Below, one piece after another: positions 51,430-64,000 of a DNA stretch of 64,000 bases (its first letter is position 1; each line of letters starts with the position of its first letter). The notes under the pieces were generated by a model. It saw only the letters and a program-made list of their open reading frames with translations. It had not been told where the DNA came from and searched no databases. The stretch comes from Sphyrna mokarran (Eukaryota), in NCBI GenBank assembly GCA_024679065.1, contig JAGIQG010000006.1:72478001-72542000 (forward strand), written 5' to 3'. The translations under genes and the position numbers were made by a program.

Positions 51430-52870
51430 GGCTTGTGATCGACTGCTGGCCACAATTGCAGGGAGGGCTGGCTACAACTGCAGAGGCTTGACAGATCTCC
51501 CCCTCTGTCTGTTAAGCTTCCGCTGTTGAATAGCTCTCTCTGCTGCTGGTTGGAGAATTAAGCCCCACCCACAGTCTGCAGTAGCTAGAAAGAGTAGAAC
51601 ATTTTTTCATGCGCTATGTGCACAAGATCACCCAAAAAATGCAATTCTCCCATTTTTATGTGAGCTGGATACTTATCGTGGAGTTTTAGGAAATTGTTTC
51701 TAAGTGTCGGGTGGGCGTGAAAGTAGAAAAGTTCCAGATCCATTTTTTGGGCAAATTTTCAGGCCCATTCTTGTGCACTCTGCCTTTAAAATATTGGATG
51801 AATCTTTTTCTGGCCAGTTAGCTGGGCCTAACATACCCAACAGCCCGTAGAGAGCGGTACTGAACATGTGCAGACCTCTGATGCTGCACATGCACATTAG
51901 CACAGATCTGATTGAGGGAGAGGTGTCATGCCTTACAACTACATGCAGCTTCAGGCAGCTCCACTCCCCTAGCAATTGTGGGGGCCTGTGGCCCAAGATG
52001 CAGCCACTGCCACCCTCCACTGCCAAGGTCGATTGTGCCCCCCCCACCCCTCCCGCCCCTGCTATCCAGATTGATCACAAGCCCCCACTGCCCTGACCAA
52101 TCATGACCCCCCCAGTTGCCCAGTCTGATCGCAACCCCCCCCCGAGACTGACCCCCCCGCCGCCCAGACCGATCATAACGCCCCGCTGTCCAGATTGATC
52201 ACAATGCCCCACTGCCCCAACCGATTATGACTCCCACCTGCCCAAATCAAGCATGACACCTTCCCCACTGTCCCCATTGATCACGAACATCTCCCTCCCC
52301 TATTGATCATGTGTGATGTGGCAGGTGACCCCTCTCTTTTCCCCACTGATCATGGTCTCCTCCCTCTCCTATTGATCACGTGCGGTTTGGCAGTGGGTGC
52401 CCCTACCCAAAGGATTGCCCCCTGGCATTTCCTCCTATAGGCTTACCCTCATTTACCCCATCCCTGTCCCCACTGACTCTGCCCCCTGGAATGAGCCAAA
52501 GGGCATTGCCCAGGTATAAGGCTGGCATTGCTAAGGTGCCAGGGTGGCATTGCCCATCTGACACTGCCCCAGGACACTCCTGCCTTGCCTTTGAGCCTTG
52601 GGGGACCTCAATAGCATCCAGATCCTGCGGCAAGGCCAACATGACTGTTCCCCGTTCATGGGGAGCTGGTGCTTTCCTCACCAGACAATGAGGCCATAAA
52701 GGCAAGTGAGCCCAGGCGATTGAGCGTCAGGCTGGCTAAATATATTAAAACCCTATTTTAATAAATGGAATTAAATTAACCAGATTCTCACCCATTTCCA
52801 GCAGCATTTTCCTGCTGCAAAATGTTCAAAAAGTGGTGGCAAAATCCCATGGCTGGAATTTTTTTGGTAA
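51430..52870. mobile_element. Large GC-rich Harbinger-type MITE(s), possibly nested
   Basis: gcaattctccc (51641) and ttctaagtgtc (51698) as in the 13899 left end; ggcattgccc motifs; right TIR-like gtaaaattccaccc. Confidence 0.65.
52030..52380. repeat. C-rich minisatellite, about 27-bp unit (approx. gatcacgaccccccactgcccagacc), roughly 10 degenerate units
   Basis: Periodic gatca[c/t]...cccc.ctg[c/t]cc units. Confidence 0.75.
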
Positions 52871-53624
52871 AATTCCACCCAATGGATGCACTGGTAGTAA
52901 TCTTCCAAGAATCCTTAAATTCTGGAAAAGCCAATGTTAAAAAAAGGGAGGTGACAGAAAGCATGTAACTATTGACCAGTTAGCTCAACATCTGTCATTG
53001 GGAAATAGAGTCCATTATAAAGGACATATGATAGCAGAACATTTAGTAATGCATAATATAATCATGCAGGATCAGCATGGTTTCATGAAAGGGAAATCAT
53101 GCCTGACAAATTTATTCAAATTCTTTGAAGTGGTAATGAGCAGGATAGATAAAGAGAATCACTAGATGCAATATACTTGGATTTCCAAAAGCTGTTTGAT
53201 AAGGCACAAAAAGGCTACACAATAAGATAAGAACCCTTGGTATTATATGAGGATGGATAGAGGATTGGCTAACTGATAGAAGACAGAAAATTGGGTTCAG
53301 ACGGGCATTTTCAGGAAGGCAATCAGTAACTAGTGGAGTGCCACAGACATTAGAGCTGGAGCCACAATTATTTACAATATGTATTAATAACTTGAATGAG
53401 GGAAGTGAATGTACTATTGCTTGTGGATGACACAAAAATGGTGAGGATGAGACTCTATAGTGGGATATTGACAGGTTAAGTAGTTGGGCAAAAACTTGGC
53501 AGATGGAATATAATGTAAGAAAATGTGAAGTGATGTGCTTTGGTAGGATGAATAATGGAGCTGAATACTATATAGATGGAGAAAGAATGCAGAAAGTTGC
53601 AACACAGAAGGATTTGGGAGTCTA

Positions 53625-54860
53625 CAGAAAAATAGCAGCACAGCAAGAGATCATTCCACTCATCTTGTCCATGCCCGCCCAAGGACACCTACCTGCCCTT
53701 TCTAATCCCAGCTTTCTGCACCTGACCCATAGCCCTGTAGTTTCAAAACTTAAGGTGTATATCCAACTTGGACAGCGAATTTCAGGTACCCAGTACCCTC
53801 TGCATAATAAAGTTCTTCCTCATGTCTCTTCTGTACCTTTTACCATTTATGTTGAATTTATGTCCCCTGTTTCTGGAATTCTCAGCCAAGGGAAACAATT
53901 TTATCTTGTCCACTCTACTTCTTCTGCTCATAATTTTATATACCTCAATCTGGTCACCCCTCAGCCTCCTTTGTTCCAAGGGAAAAATAACCTTGCCCTA
54001 CCAATCTCTTCTATAACCACACTTTTCTAGCATTGGTAATATTTTTCTAAATGTCCTATGACTCTCTCCAGAGCAATTATGTTCTTCCTGTAATGTGGTT
54101 ACCAGATCTGCACACAATACTTGAGTGGTGGCTTGACCAGTGTTTTATACAATTCCAAAATTATATCCTTATTTTTATATTCCATGCCTCTGCTACTGAA
54201 GGAGAGAATTCCATATAACATTGTATACTTGAACTGCTGTCTTTAGAGACCAGTGTGCTTGTACTCCAAAATCTCTCACTTCATCTACTCTTCTTGGTAT
54301 ATTCCATTTATTGTGTATTCTCTATATCTGTTTAACTATCCCTTCACCGCCCCCCCCAACAGCATGACTTCACATTTAAAATGTATCTGTCACTTTACTA
54401 CCCACCCTATCAACCAATCTATATTATTTTGGTGATTATGGCTATTCTCAACAATATCCACTGCTCAGCCAATCTTTGTTGTCTGCACGTTTCCCGATTG
54501 TGTTCCCACATTAAAATCCAAATTGTTAATATATAACACAAACAGTAAGTGGCCCAACACCAGCCCTGTGGAACACCACTTAAAACAGCTTTCCATTCAC
54601 AAGTGCATTCATTGATCCTTTGTTTCTTGTTATAAAGGCAATTTTTGATCTAGCTGCAACTTTACCCTGTATCCCATGAGCTTTTTTGACCAATCTGCCA
54701 TGTGGGGTCTTACCAAAATCCATGTTCACAACATTCTTGTCACTTCCTCAAAGAATTCCATCAAATTTGTGAAGTAAGACTTTCCTTTAACAAATCAATG
54801 CTGACCATTCCTTTTTGGTCCACGCCTTTCTATGTGACAGTTAATACCATCTCTCACAAC
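53625..54860 (-). mobile_element. CR1 ORF2 3' portion, abutting the + strand CR1 in opposite orientation
   Basis: ORF 53782-53979 EQRRLRGDQIEVYKIM...RNRGHKF...KNFIMQRV; agtggtgttccacaggg (VPQG) near 54565-54581. Confidence 0.85.
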
Positions 54861-54869
54861 TTTTTAAAA

Positions 54870-55143
54870 TTAATTCATGGGACAAAGACATCGTTGGCTG
54901 GCCAGCATTTATTGACCAACCCTAATTGCCCAAGGGCAATTGAGAGTCACATGTAGGCCAGACCAGGTAAAGGTAGCAGATTTCCTTCCTTCAAAGATAT
55001 TAGTGAGCCAGATATTTTTTTTTGGACAATCGAAAATTGTTTCATGGTCATCAATAGATTCTTAATTCCAGATTTTTTTATTGAATTCAAATTCTATTAT
55101 GTGCCATGGTGGGATTCAAACCTGGGTCCCCAGAACATTAGCT
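54870..55143 (-). mobile_element. tRNA-headed SINE whose 3' tail matches the 30165-30821 LINE
   Basis: Head caggtttgaatcccacc (B-box, minus strand); tail gggcaattagggttggtcaataaatgctggcc...tcccatgaat. Confidence 0.8.
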
Positions 55144-55199
55144 GTTTGTTTATTCCCTTGGTGCCTTGCTCATTGGTTCTTCTGTCTACTTAGTGCTCC

Positions 55200-55772
55200 T
55201 ATGCAGCACTACTCCAGTGGCTGCACGATGCTAATGAAAGATCGTAGAGATTAGATACCTTCTGTTTGTGTTGCAATGGAAACTAAGACATTGACCACCA
55301 GATGCTGGATCGTACCTGGGTTTACAAGTATTCTTATGGACTTGGCCATCATTTACATACTGGAAGCGATAATCTCCCAACTCTGCTCAAAGCCCTTTTC
55401 CAAATATGCCTGGGAATGTGCCCAGGCATATTCGGGGGGCCAGAGATTGGGCCATGGGGGGATAGGGTTCGCATGGCCAGTGATTGAGCTGACCAGCCAT
55501 CAGGAGGCCAGCAATGTGGGACGACTGCATATGCATTGATCTCTGCCCTGGCAGATTGGCACATGCTCAGTTGGCTGCTCAGTGCTATGTTGCTAGTCTC
55601 TCCAGTGGGAATAGGATCTGCCCACTAATTTTTGGACTGATTTACCTTAGTACGCTCAGCAGTGCACAGTGTGTGGGAACTTCATTTTGAAACTCCCACT
55701 GAGAAAACTAGTAGGATTTACTCCGGTTTTCACAAATTCGACAATTAGATTTCTTTTGGGAGAAACACCTCC
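55200..55772. mobile_element. Harbinger-type large MITE, one end preserved
   Basis: Terminal acaattagatttcttttgggagaaacacctcc is approximately the reverse complement of the 13899 left end. Confidence 0.65.
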
Positions 55773-55999
55773 TCAACATGAATGCCATAGACTCCATTCC
55801 AAATCCAGGGTATGAGGTGGAGGTAGTTTGTTTGTGAAGCATGAGTGTTTCAAAGGTCCACTAATAGATTGATAATAAGAACAGATCACAAATGTTCCAG
55901 TAGGGCTCCCAAAGGCCCAAACTGGGCTGACATAATCTGTTGTCAACGTATCTTCAGCTCCAAAGGGCCATGAGGTAATTTAATAAAGATAATTGATCA

Positions 56000-58230
56000 C
56001 CTCTGGGTCCTTATCAAAGACCTCAATAGCTCTGAGCTGCTGAGCATACTGTTAAGACGATAGAAGGACATAATCCCCAGTCATTCAAGAATTTCTTCAA
56101 ACATGCCCCTTGAATGCAATAGAGAGTAGACAAAAATGATCACCCTTTTCCACTCCTAGCACTGGAATGTACTGTGTATTTTGCACATGGTGGAATTTAC
56201 AACAATTTTGTGTTTTTCTCCAAATGCTGTCCATTTCCAAGCTATCTGCCCATGTTTTACCCTGACTCTTAATTCTAATTTCAGTGTTCAAATCAGCCAA
56301 GCTCTTAGGTATACTACAACATTTTTCTCCATTGCCATTACCTTTCTCACAGCTTACATACACAAAGATCAACAGAGCTCACTGGCCAGCTATCATCTTT
56401 TATATATGGGGGGTCAAAGCCATTTGCAGTGCTCCTATGTCCAGGCAGCAATCATTTAGCCATAGAGCTTTCATGATAACATTGGCTGAGATTATCTGTC
56501 CCCATTCATAGTGGGTGTACTGGTGGGCTGGAGCAGAAAATAGAGGGACAAGGCTAAAAACATGTTTACGTTGTCATAAAATTAGTTTGCAATCGTCTGC
56601 TCCACCCATCAATGGTGGACTGGACACACTGGAAACATCACCTTAATATATTTGCATTAAATCCTGTTCATCAGAACCATCCCCCATCATCAGGCCATGT
56701 TGTTGTACAATTAAAACAACATGCTTCACAGTGCTACATAAACAATGTGTACCTGATGACTCATACTTGTGATGTCGAGGTTTGTTTGCCTACCTTGCAT
56801 CAAATAGCAATCATAGGAATCAATGCCAAGTTTTGCAGACAGCAAGTGCTGAAAGGTTAGTGTTGCACTGGGGAAGGGGTAAGCCTGGCTTCGGGCAAAG
56901 GAAGAGCCTACAGGACTAGGGCACAACTGGCCTCAGGCAGAGTAAAGGGCTGGAGGAGTAGGACAACCCTTTGGGGGACAAGCTACAGAAGGTTGCACTC
57001 AGACACATGGCTTTTGGGATGTTGTGGGGGTTAGCATCCTCAGTGTCAGGATGATGAGAGAGAATGTTACAAATTGACATAAGCCCCTTGACACCAGAAT
57101 GGGAGAAATGCCAGGAATAAGTGTTTCAGTTTACTTTGTTGATTTTGTAAAAGACTCTCCCTGTCCCAGCTCAGGGAGTGGGACGCATGTCGGGCCAGTC
57201 TCAGCTGTGCCCAGCCTAGTGTGTACAGATCACGCTCGTAACATCATGTATCTCGGTTTACGAGGCTTCTAACATCATAGTGGGCCATAGTGGGCATACT
57301 AAGTCAGGGAAGGGAATGGCCGCCTAAAGTTATGAAAAAGGCATTGTAGGGATATCTGAGGATGTGGTGGTGGGGCTGTATGTTTAACTGTGTAAGTGGC
57401 TTCAAGCAGATGGGGGAAGGGGTCCAAACGGGACACAGGTACATGCACATCAAAATATTAAGGGATTAACAAATACATATGTATCACAAGTATGATGGGA
57501 TCAATAGATCCTGGGGGGAGGAATGACAGGTCTGCCAGAGAGGGAAAATCCCTCTGAATTTTCTCTGAGGTGTTGGGAGGTGTTTCTATTCTCACACAGA
57601 GAGGTCCATGTTTGTCTAACAGCAAGAGTTCAGCATCACCATCTTCCAACCTGCAGTGATAGTGCAATATGACATCAAAATAAGGAGATGCTCTGATGGT
57701 GAGGGTAATATGGGCAGATTGAAGGGCAGCTGCATGCACTGAGGAGTTCCGATTAAAAGGGACATGCAACTAACTATGTATTTCAAAATAAGGTGACAGG
57801 CATGTTCAGAACCTTTCGTTGACACTGCAGGGAATCACGAAAGTGAAGCAATGATGCAGAGCACCTCCGTGATGTCCAGCATGCATTCAAAGAAGGAGTC
57901 ATTGAACTTGGGAGGGGCTGTGTTTCCTGGCTTGGGAGCCTTCTGTGTGCTCTGCAGCAGTTCTAGGCTATACTGATTGAGATAGGTGTGTGTGTGTTTG
58001 CAGTTTAAGTATGCTATCCAGACTGAGGAAGTGCTAAGGTCATGGTGTGTCGGGTGAATTTCAGGCCACCTGCCCGCCCATGACCCAACATGCTTACAGT
58101 GCGTGCACAATTAATGAGGTACTATGTAGATGATATGGCACAAAAACCTGCCATAATGGCTAGTGGGAAAAGGCTGTTTTACACACCTTCTGTGCATTTA
58201 ATTCAATGCTGGAAAAACCTGTCTATTATG
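56000..58230 (-). mobile_element. Highly decayed Harbinger-like autonomous element
   Basis: ORF 57835-58110 APPKFNDSFFECMLD resembles the Myb/SANT-like start AP.F.D..LE.LL; faint transposase C-terminal traces (SLII...HNI, AHQYTP). Confidence 0.4.
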
Positions 58231-58910
58231 TGGAACTATCTGGGAGTTTATGCTCACTGAAGAACAAGTTGAAAATGCTGAAATCTGTCAAGAAAACAAA
58301 ATTAACATTTCAGCGCTAAAACCGATTTGGTGATAGGTGTTTTGGTTTTTACACTTTTATATAGTGCTACGTGTGCTTATAAAATGACAATAGCTCAAAT
58401 TAGTTAAGTGATTAATGGTGACAAAAAAATTATTGCTAATTATTTAACAATAGTGTCTTAATAGTTCTTATTGTTAGTAACCTTACTTTTATAAAGTTTC
58501 TTTTAAGCTGAATGACTTTTAAATTTGCAATATGGTTAGTATCCCTTATCAAGGTTGTGTCCTTGATGTGGTAAATTTAAATGCTATCTCTATACATATA
58601 GAATGTAAAATTTTGCCAAACTATGAATTATTTCCAGTCAGCTACATAGGTTAATAAAAATCCAGTGCAAATTTAATCTTCCTTGTGAAGCAACTATTTT
58701 TTAATATTACAAAGTGCTCATGGTTTTATTGCTCACTTACCACGTTAAGACCCTGTGACAGATTTACAGTCCTGTGCCCAATTTAATCTTGTAGAGCCCA
58801 AGTGTTAGTCTCTCGGATCGCAGTATTTTTCTAAAATATAACAATACAAAAAGCTTTGATTTTCAGGATGCCGCATCATAATTGGATCTGTCAAACTGAC
58901 ACTAACCTAT

Positions 58911-59060
58911 AATAAAAACAGAAAATGTCAGAAATGCATAACAAGTCTTCTGAATCAAGTCAGGATTCTCTACCTGAAAGGAGGGTCTCTCTTTTATATC
59001 TCTCATTTTACTTTTTGAAATTCAAAGTTTTACCAATATTTACAACATTTTTGGTTTTAT
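58911..59060. mobile_element. Decayed fold-back pair of second-family Penelope ends
   Basis: ataaaaacagaaaatgtcagaaat ... atttacaacatttttggttttat are inverted copies. Confidence 0.5.
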
Positions 59061-59204
59061 TCCAGCCTTTGTAGTTCTTTTCTTTTTGACATAATCTAAG
59101 CACATGTTTTGTGAAATGTATGTGGTTATTGCTTAAAATTTCTTATTGATGGATATCAGATCTAAATAGACTACAATTATATAACAATGCAGTTCTTTAA
59201 AAGA

Positions 59205-59380
59205 ATAATAGAAATGCTACGTAGGAGCAGGAATAAGCCATTCAATCCCTCAAGCTGTTCTGCCATTAAATCAGATCATTGCTGATGTTTACTTCAATTC
59301 TATTTACCCATCATTGGTCCATATCCCTTGTTAACGTTCCTTAAGAAAATCTATTGATGTTAGTCCTGAAACTTTCAACT
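59205..59380 (-). mobile_element. CR1 3' tail fragment
   Basis: taggagcaggaataagccattcaatccctcaagc...ccatatcccttg. Confidence 0.7.
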
Positions 59381-59691
59381 AAATTACATTTGAAACAAAA
59401 ACCTAGTTGTTCTCTGTGCAGGCACAGGTCTGCTGTGTACTTCCAATGTTTTGTCTTTTTATTTCAGATTTCCAGCATCCACGGTGTTTTACTTTTTGTT
59501 TTTCAGTGATAGGTATGTCATTGATTATAATGACTTTATTTATTACCACAAAATTTGCATTCACAGTTTATTTATCCTGTTGTACCACCATCTGTTGACA
59601 AGTTGCAGGAACAAACAGATCTCACTCTGTGTATTTATCCTTCGTTGTAGTGCCAAAAACACCAGTTGACACCAATAATGTTGAAAGCCAA

Positions 59692-60409
59692 GGGCAGAAT
59701 TTAATTGTGAGTGGGCTGGGAGGTGAGGGGAGGCAGCAGAATCAAGAGGGAAGGTAGGGTGCAGAATGCCTGTTGCCTTCTTGACTCTCACCATTTCAAT
59801 CAAGGGTGAGAAAGGTTAAGAAATTCCTTCACAACCGAAGGCCATTTATGTCCAAAGTGGTTAATTAATGGCCATCTAACGAACTCATATCATTCTATTA
59901 CTATGTTGCTAGTGGCAGGATGGAAGATTCTCTGTGCTATCTGGGGAGGCCATTCAATAAAACCTATGGGCCTCCTTGTGGGATTGTGGGATAAATTGGG
60001 GGGTTCTTATAATTAGGCATCATGGCTCATGGAGGGTCCGCCACTAGCATAGGCTGCCTCCTTAGAAAAACATCGACAACAAAATGCCAACTTCACCCAG
60101 GCCTGCCTGACTGACCCTGGTGATTCACACAAACCTACTGACATTCCAGGGCACCGTCACCCATTCTGCTCCAGGGCAGCTTCAGTATCAACAGTGGCTA
60201 CCACTCCCAGTAGCACTACAGGAATTGAAGAACTGCCAACCGTCTGAGTGGCTGAAAGCTCCAGGAGAGGATATCTCCAACCTTGAAGGGATGAAAGCCC
60301 TGATGTCAACTTAAGGCACACAATTGCGTTGGAGGTGTCTGAAAATGGCTGAGGAAGAGTAGTCCTTGGCCCTGGATGGGATCACTGCAATGGGCGTTAA
60401 ATTCAATCC
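59692..60409. mobile_element. Old Harbinger-type MITE
   Basis: TIR-like gggcagaatttaa and ttaaattcaatcc (10/13); no clean TSD. Confidence 0.45.
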
Positions 60410-62492
60410 AGTGGGATGCAGTTTGTGGCAACCGTGCTCTAATGACAGGAGGAATAAATTAAGTTATAATCTTCAGCCAAAGTATATAGAAATTGGCTGA
60501 ATTCATAACCCTTTGAAAGTGTAACTGGCAGCTTATTGAGAGAATACTATTATCGTAACATCTTAAATTTAACAATGTACTAGTGCTATAGCAAATATTT
60601 TATGCAATATTAGATGTGTTTGCATTGAGAGTTTGTGTTAATGGAAATTATAATAGACGCATCAGAACAGATATTTGCCAATAGTGGCTAGAAGTAGTAA
60701 AATACAATTCAAAACAGAAATATAAGAAAATGTTAAAATGTAGATGTTAATTAACCCTTTAAGGACAATAATAAATTTTCTGCACCATTATGGAAAATTA
60801 GCACACCGTGACACCTTGGCCTCTGTGCTTCTCTTGACCCTGATTGAATTTCTTTGATGGATGAAGTTACTAAAATATCAGGAAACCTCTCTCTCTGTGC
60901 ATTGAGGCAGCTTTAGATGAAAAGAAAGCAACGACATGCCAAAATGCTTTTGCTTCTGAAAGTGAAGCCTCATTTGTGAAGAAATGTTTGTTACACTTTC
61001 TAATTCCATTTTCATTTTACTGAGAGGGAAAGAAAAGCATCAAGTTGGATGGTTGTTTGAGGTGCAAGCGGCATAATTATTCCTAGGAATTAGATGAACA
61101 TCAGCAAATATGCAAGAGAGAAGACAAGCATGGAGTGAGCAACTAGGAAAAGATATCGAAAGGCAAGTTTATTTGAAGGCACATAGTTTGAGAATGTTGA
61201 GAGACATACAATTTGGGCCAGAGTGCATAATGGAATCAAGTGCGGAACAGCCAACAGATATGATGGGGGCATAACTTAACATTGATCACGATAGGAACAA
61301 TTTTAACTGAGATTCACAAATGAATTGAAGAAAAGCAGGGTCAAAAAATGTCAACTTTCTTTTTAGAGAATCTAATAACTTCATACACATTATATTGGCA
61401 CAGCCCTGGCTGTTGAAAGGATGGATAGTTCCTTTGAAAATGCCGAAGTAAAATTTGCTCATGACGCTGAATAAACATGCGAGTATTGAAAAATAGACAG
61501 AATAGAAGTAAAATGTACTAATAAATTTGGTAAGGTGACATATGAAAATATTCCATGTTTGGTTCAGTTTATTTCATTGGCATCAACAGAACTATCAGAG
61601 AATGAAAAACTGCCAATTGGATGAAAGTAACAAAACATTGTCAAAGACAGTCCTTGTTGACTGAATTATAGACCCAATTCTGTGCTCCCAGCAACAGCTA
61701 AGTCAAGAATGGCTATCTGTTGGGATAACGTTAACCCGCATTGAGCTCCCTGAACAACAAATTTGTCAGGTTACATAATTCGATTAATTAGCAGATGCTC
61801 ACAGCACAAGTTTGGCCAGCAGCTGTTCTCATGAAGTAGATGGACAATCTGACCCGCAAATTAAATTAAAGGGACGTTTCCATTTAAAGTTAAGTGACGG
61901 CATACAAAATCAATATTGTTTCAGCCATTATCCTGGTCAAAATCAATTGGAAATATTTCTCAGATTTTGTAAGGGCTGTGAAATGGGATAGAAGGAAGAA
62001 ATAAATGCCACTGAAAAATAAAAATAAACCCAGTGGAACCTACGCAGTGATGCAGCAGGTAACCTCAGGTACTCCTGTCACATTAGGATATGCTGGGACA
62101 AATGCAGTTCCTGGAGCTGCAAGGAATAGTCTGCTTTAAACACACCATTCTGCTGGTTTCCAGGGAAAGGTTTTGTTGTAGTGGGTATTTCATTAGCTGC
62201 ACTGTATATTTTTAGGATATGGTTTTTTTCATATTTCCATTGTGAGATTTCTTTCAGAGTACAACAAAATAAAGAATCCAGTAGAAGTAGATGGCTGTCA
62301 TTTCATATCTCTGTTTGCAAACTATTAGACTAGATTGAAATGATTGATTTAATACATGAAATCTATGGTAACTTGTATATTGTTACAACAATGCGTTGTG
62401 TGCAATGTGGGCTATTAACTATTAGCTTCATTGATTGGTCTTTAGCCTTGGATTGTGCATAAAAAGAAAAGAAATAGAACTGTAAAGGCACT

Positions 62493-62753
62493 CGCTGAAA
62501 TTCCATCACCCTGCCAGCCACAGAATCAGAGCAGGCGAGGGGTGGACAATAGAAATGTCCGTTGACTTGGGTGGGAGTTTCTGATCTCGGGTCAAGTGAG
62601 ACTGTAAAATCCCACTCACTGAGTGGGATTATCCAGTCCTAACTAAGGACTGGAAATTCCTGCCTGAGGTCAATGGCCCTCTTGCTTGTCCATTGAATTG
62701 TCTGTTCCACCCAAGACAATTCCAGTGGTGAGCACAACTGGAAGATTTAGGCT
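62493..62753. mobile_element. Two small MITEs (62493-62617 and 62621-62753) in inverted orientation sharing an ACT target
   Basis: act|cgctgaaattcc...aaaatcccactc|act|gagtgggattat...aagatttaggct|act. Confidence 0.8.
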
Positions 62754-62759
62754 ACTATG

Positions 62760-64000
62760 TTTTAAGATGGCTGCAGAAGTCATCTGATCTAAAAATTGGC
62801 CAAGCTTCTAGAAGCCTCTTAATGTGGATTATCTGGGAACATGTCTAGATGGACATATTCTCTGGTGAACTTCATATCTTTCTAGCCATTAGGACAACAG
62901 GCAACCAGGCTTTTTGATCCCAGAAACTATTAGGAACAAAGTAGGACTCATGAGTCTCATCATGCAGGGAGGGTTCAAAAGTCATCCTACCCGTTTTGTT
63001 TGCACCTTGATAAGTTTGACAATGAGAGATTGAACCTGTTTTGTTAATATGGATTGGCCTCTTTGATGTGCTGCTAGTAGTTGTCACATGATCAGAACAT
63101 CACGTGCGAAAGGTTATGATTATAATCATGCTTGTTTGCGCTAACAAAAGAATAGCCTGCAGGAAGCAACATCACCTCTCTCTCTCTCTCTCTCTCTGTC
63201 TGTGCTATTCTCAAGTTCTGGATTTATCTCTGTTACATTTACAAATAGAGAATTCAAATCAAAAGGAATTTCAGGTATCATAATTTCACTATGGGAAAAG
63301 GTGGTTGTAATTTAAAAGAGACTGTCATTATGATCCAGGTAAAAACTCCAAAGCTTTTTATAAAGTCAACCTAGGCCATAAGTTTTGTAATTTGAATGTG
63401 ACACAGGTCAGCATAATATGTTTCACTCCAGGTATGATTCAAATGATTCACTCGGAAGCCTTAATCAAACCAAGTTCAGTTAAGAACATAGTTAACATAT
63501 ATAAGAAACAAAAAGCATAACTTTTACCAATTACAATAAAAACACCCATGATATCGTATAAACCTTTACACTTAACTATACCGTTCCACATCAAATGTAC
63601 ACTCCATTCTAGGCTTAGCACAGAAAGCAAGTATGCACTCATGATGCTGGATTTTGCAGCTTTTTAACACCTGCTATGAATAAGTCCTTTGAAGTGTTGG
63701 AATAGTACTGAGACTTCCTAGACCTAGAACTTTCAGCAAACCTCGAGACAGAGAGATAGCGACACTGCTTGCCTCTAGCTTCCAGCTAGCAAACAGAGAT
63801 GGCAAAATTTTCCCTCCAGAGAGAGACAGAAAACACTGTTTTTGGTCTGCAGTCCAAATAGTTTCTGCCCAAAACGAAAACAAAATCTTAGGACTTTCTG
63901 TGTGAAAGAAAACTGTCCCAAGGTACCACCTGACCTATCAATCAGACTCCACCCAAAAATTCCAAAAGCTTCATAAAACTCCAGGATACTGCATTAGGCC
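62760..64000. mobile_element. Probable LTR remnants (one near 62760-63320, another from about 63322 running off the window); (CT)n at 63176-63197
   Basis: LTR-like composition (tgtcacatgatc, CT tract, tgtcattatgatcc start); no internal coding signature seen. Confidence 0.35.

Larger units (their letters stand above)
51130..53625 (+). mobile_element. CR1 ORF2 remnant (EN 51130-51425; RT 52873-53625) interrupted by a MITE
   Basis: QHGFMKGKSCLTNL, YLDF..FDK, WAKTWQMEYNVRKCEVMCFG (ORF 53503). Confidence 0.85.

Noticed and set aside
53503-54030. 175-aa novel ORF
   Set aside because: Chance read-through from a + strand CR1 RT fragment into an antisense CR1 3' end.
61090-61600. Purine-rich stretch as an exon
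   Set aside because: Multiple stops and faint resemblance to an ancient CR1 endonuclease region; too decayed to call.

Overview
Non-coding eukaryotic DNA, almost certainly from a cartilaginous fish (shark), inferred from its HE1/V-SINEs, DeuSINE-like remnants, abundant CR1/L2/Rex1 LINE debris and Penelope ends. I find no intact protein-coding gene, RNA gene or CRISPR array. Every ORF I can recognise is a decayed transposon fragment: CR1/L2 RT, EN and esterase, Gypsy gag-protease, Penelope GIY-YIG, Harbinger DDE transposase and a Myb/SANT-like protein. The window alternates between nested transposon piles (about 13.9-37.5 kb and 51-60 kb) and transposon-poor AT-rich islands rich in homeodomain/POU/SOX/Pbx-Hox/Meis motifs (about 6.7-9 kb, 16.6-17.4 kb, 38-39.9 kb, 46.3-50.4 kb), which look like enhancers in a large intron or gene desert. 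The most unusual structures are: (i) fold-back Penelope-derived mini-elements carrying hammerhead-ribozyme cores, one with a perfect 10-bp TSD and a ribozyme core on each strand; (ii) a PIF/Harbinger set of decayed autonomous elements plus two MITE size classes, including two MITEs at the same ACT trinucleotide; (iii) a SINE/LINE pair sharing a 3' tail; (iv) a possible 51-nt frame-preserving micro-exon on the minus strand. All calls were made by eye. Family names come from recalled consensus motifs, not database searches, and most boundaries are approximate unless a TSD or TIR is quoted.
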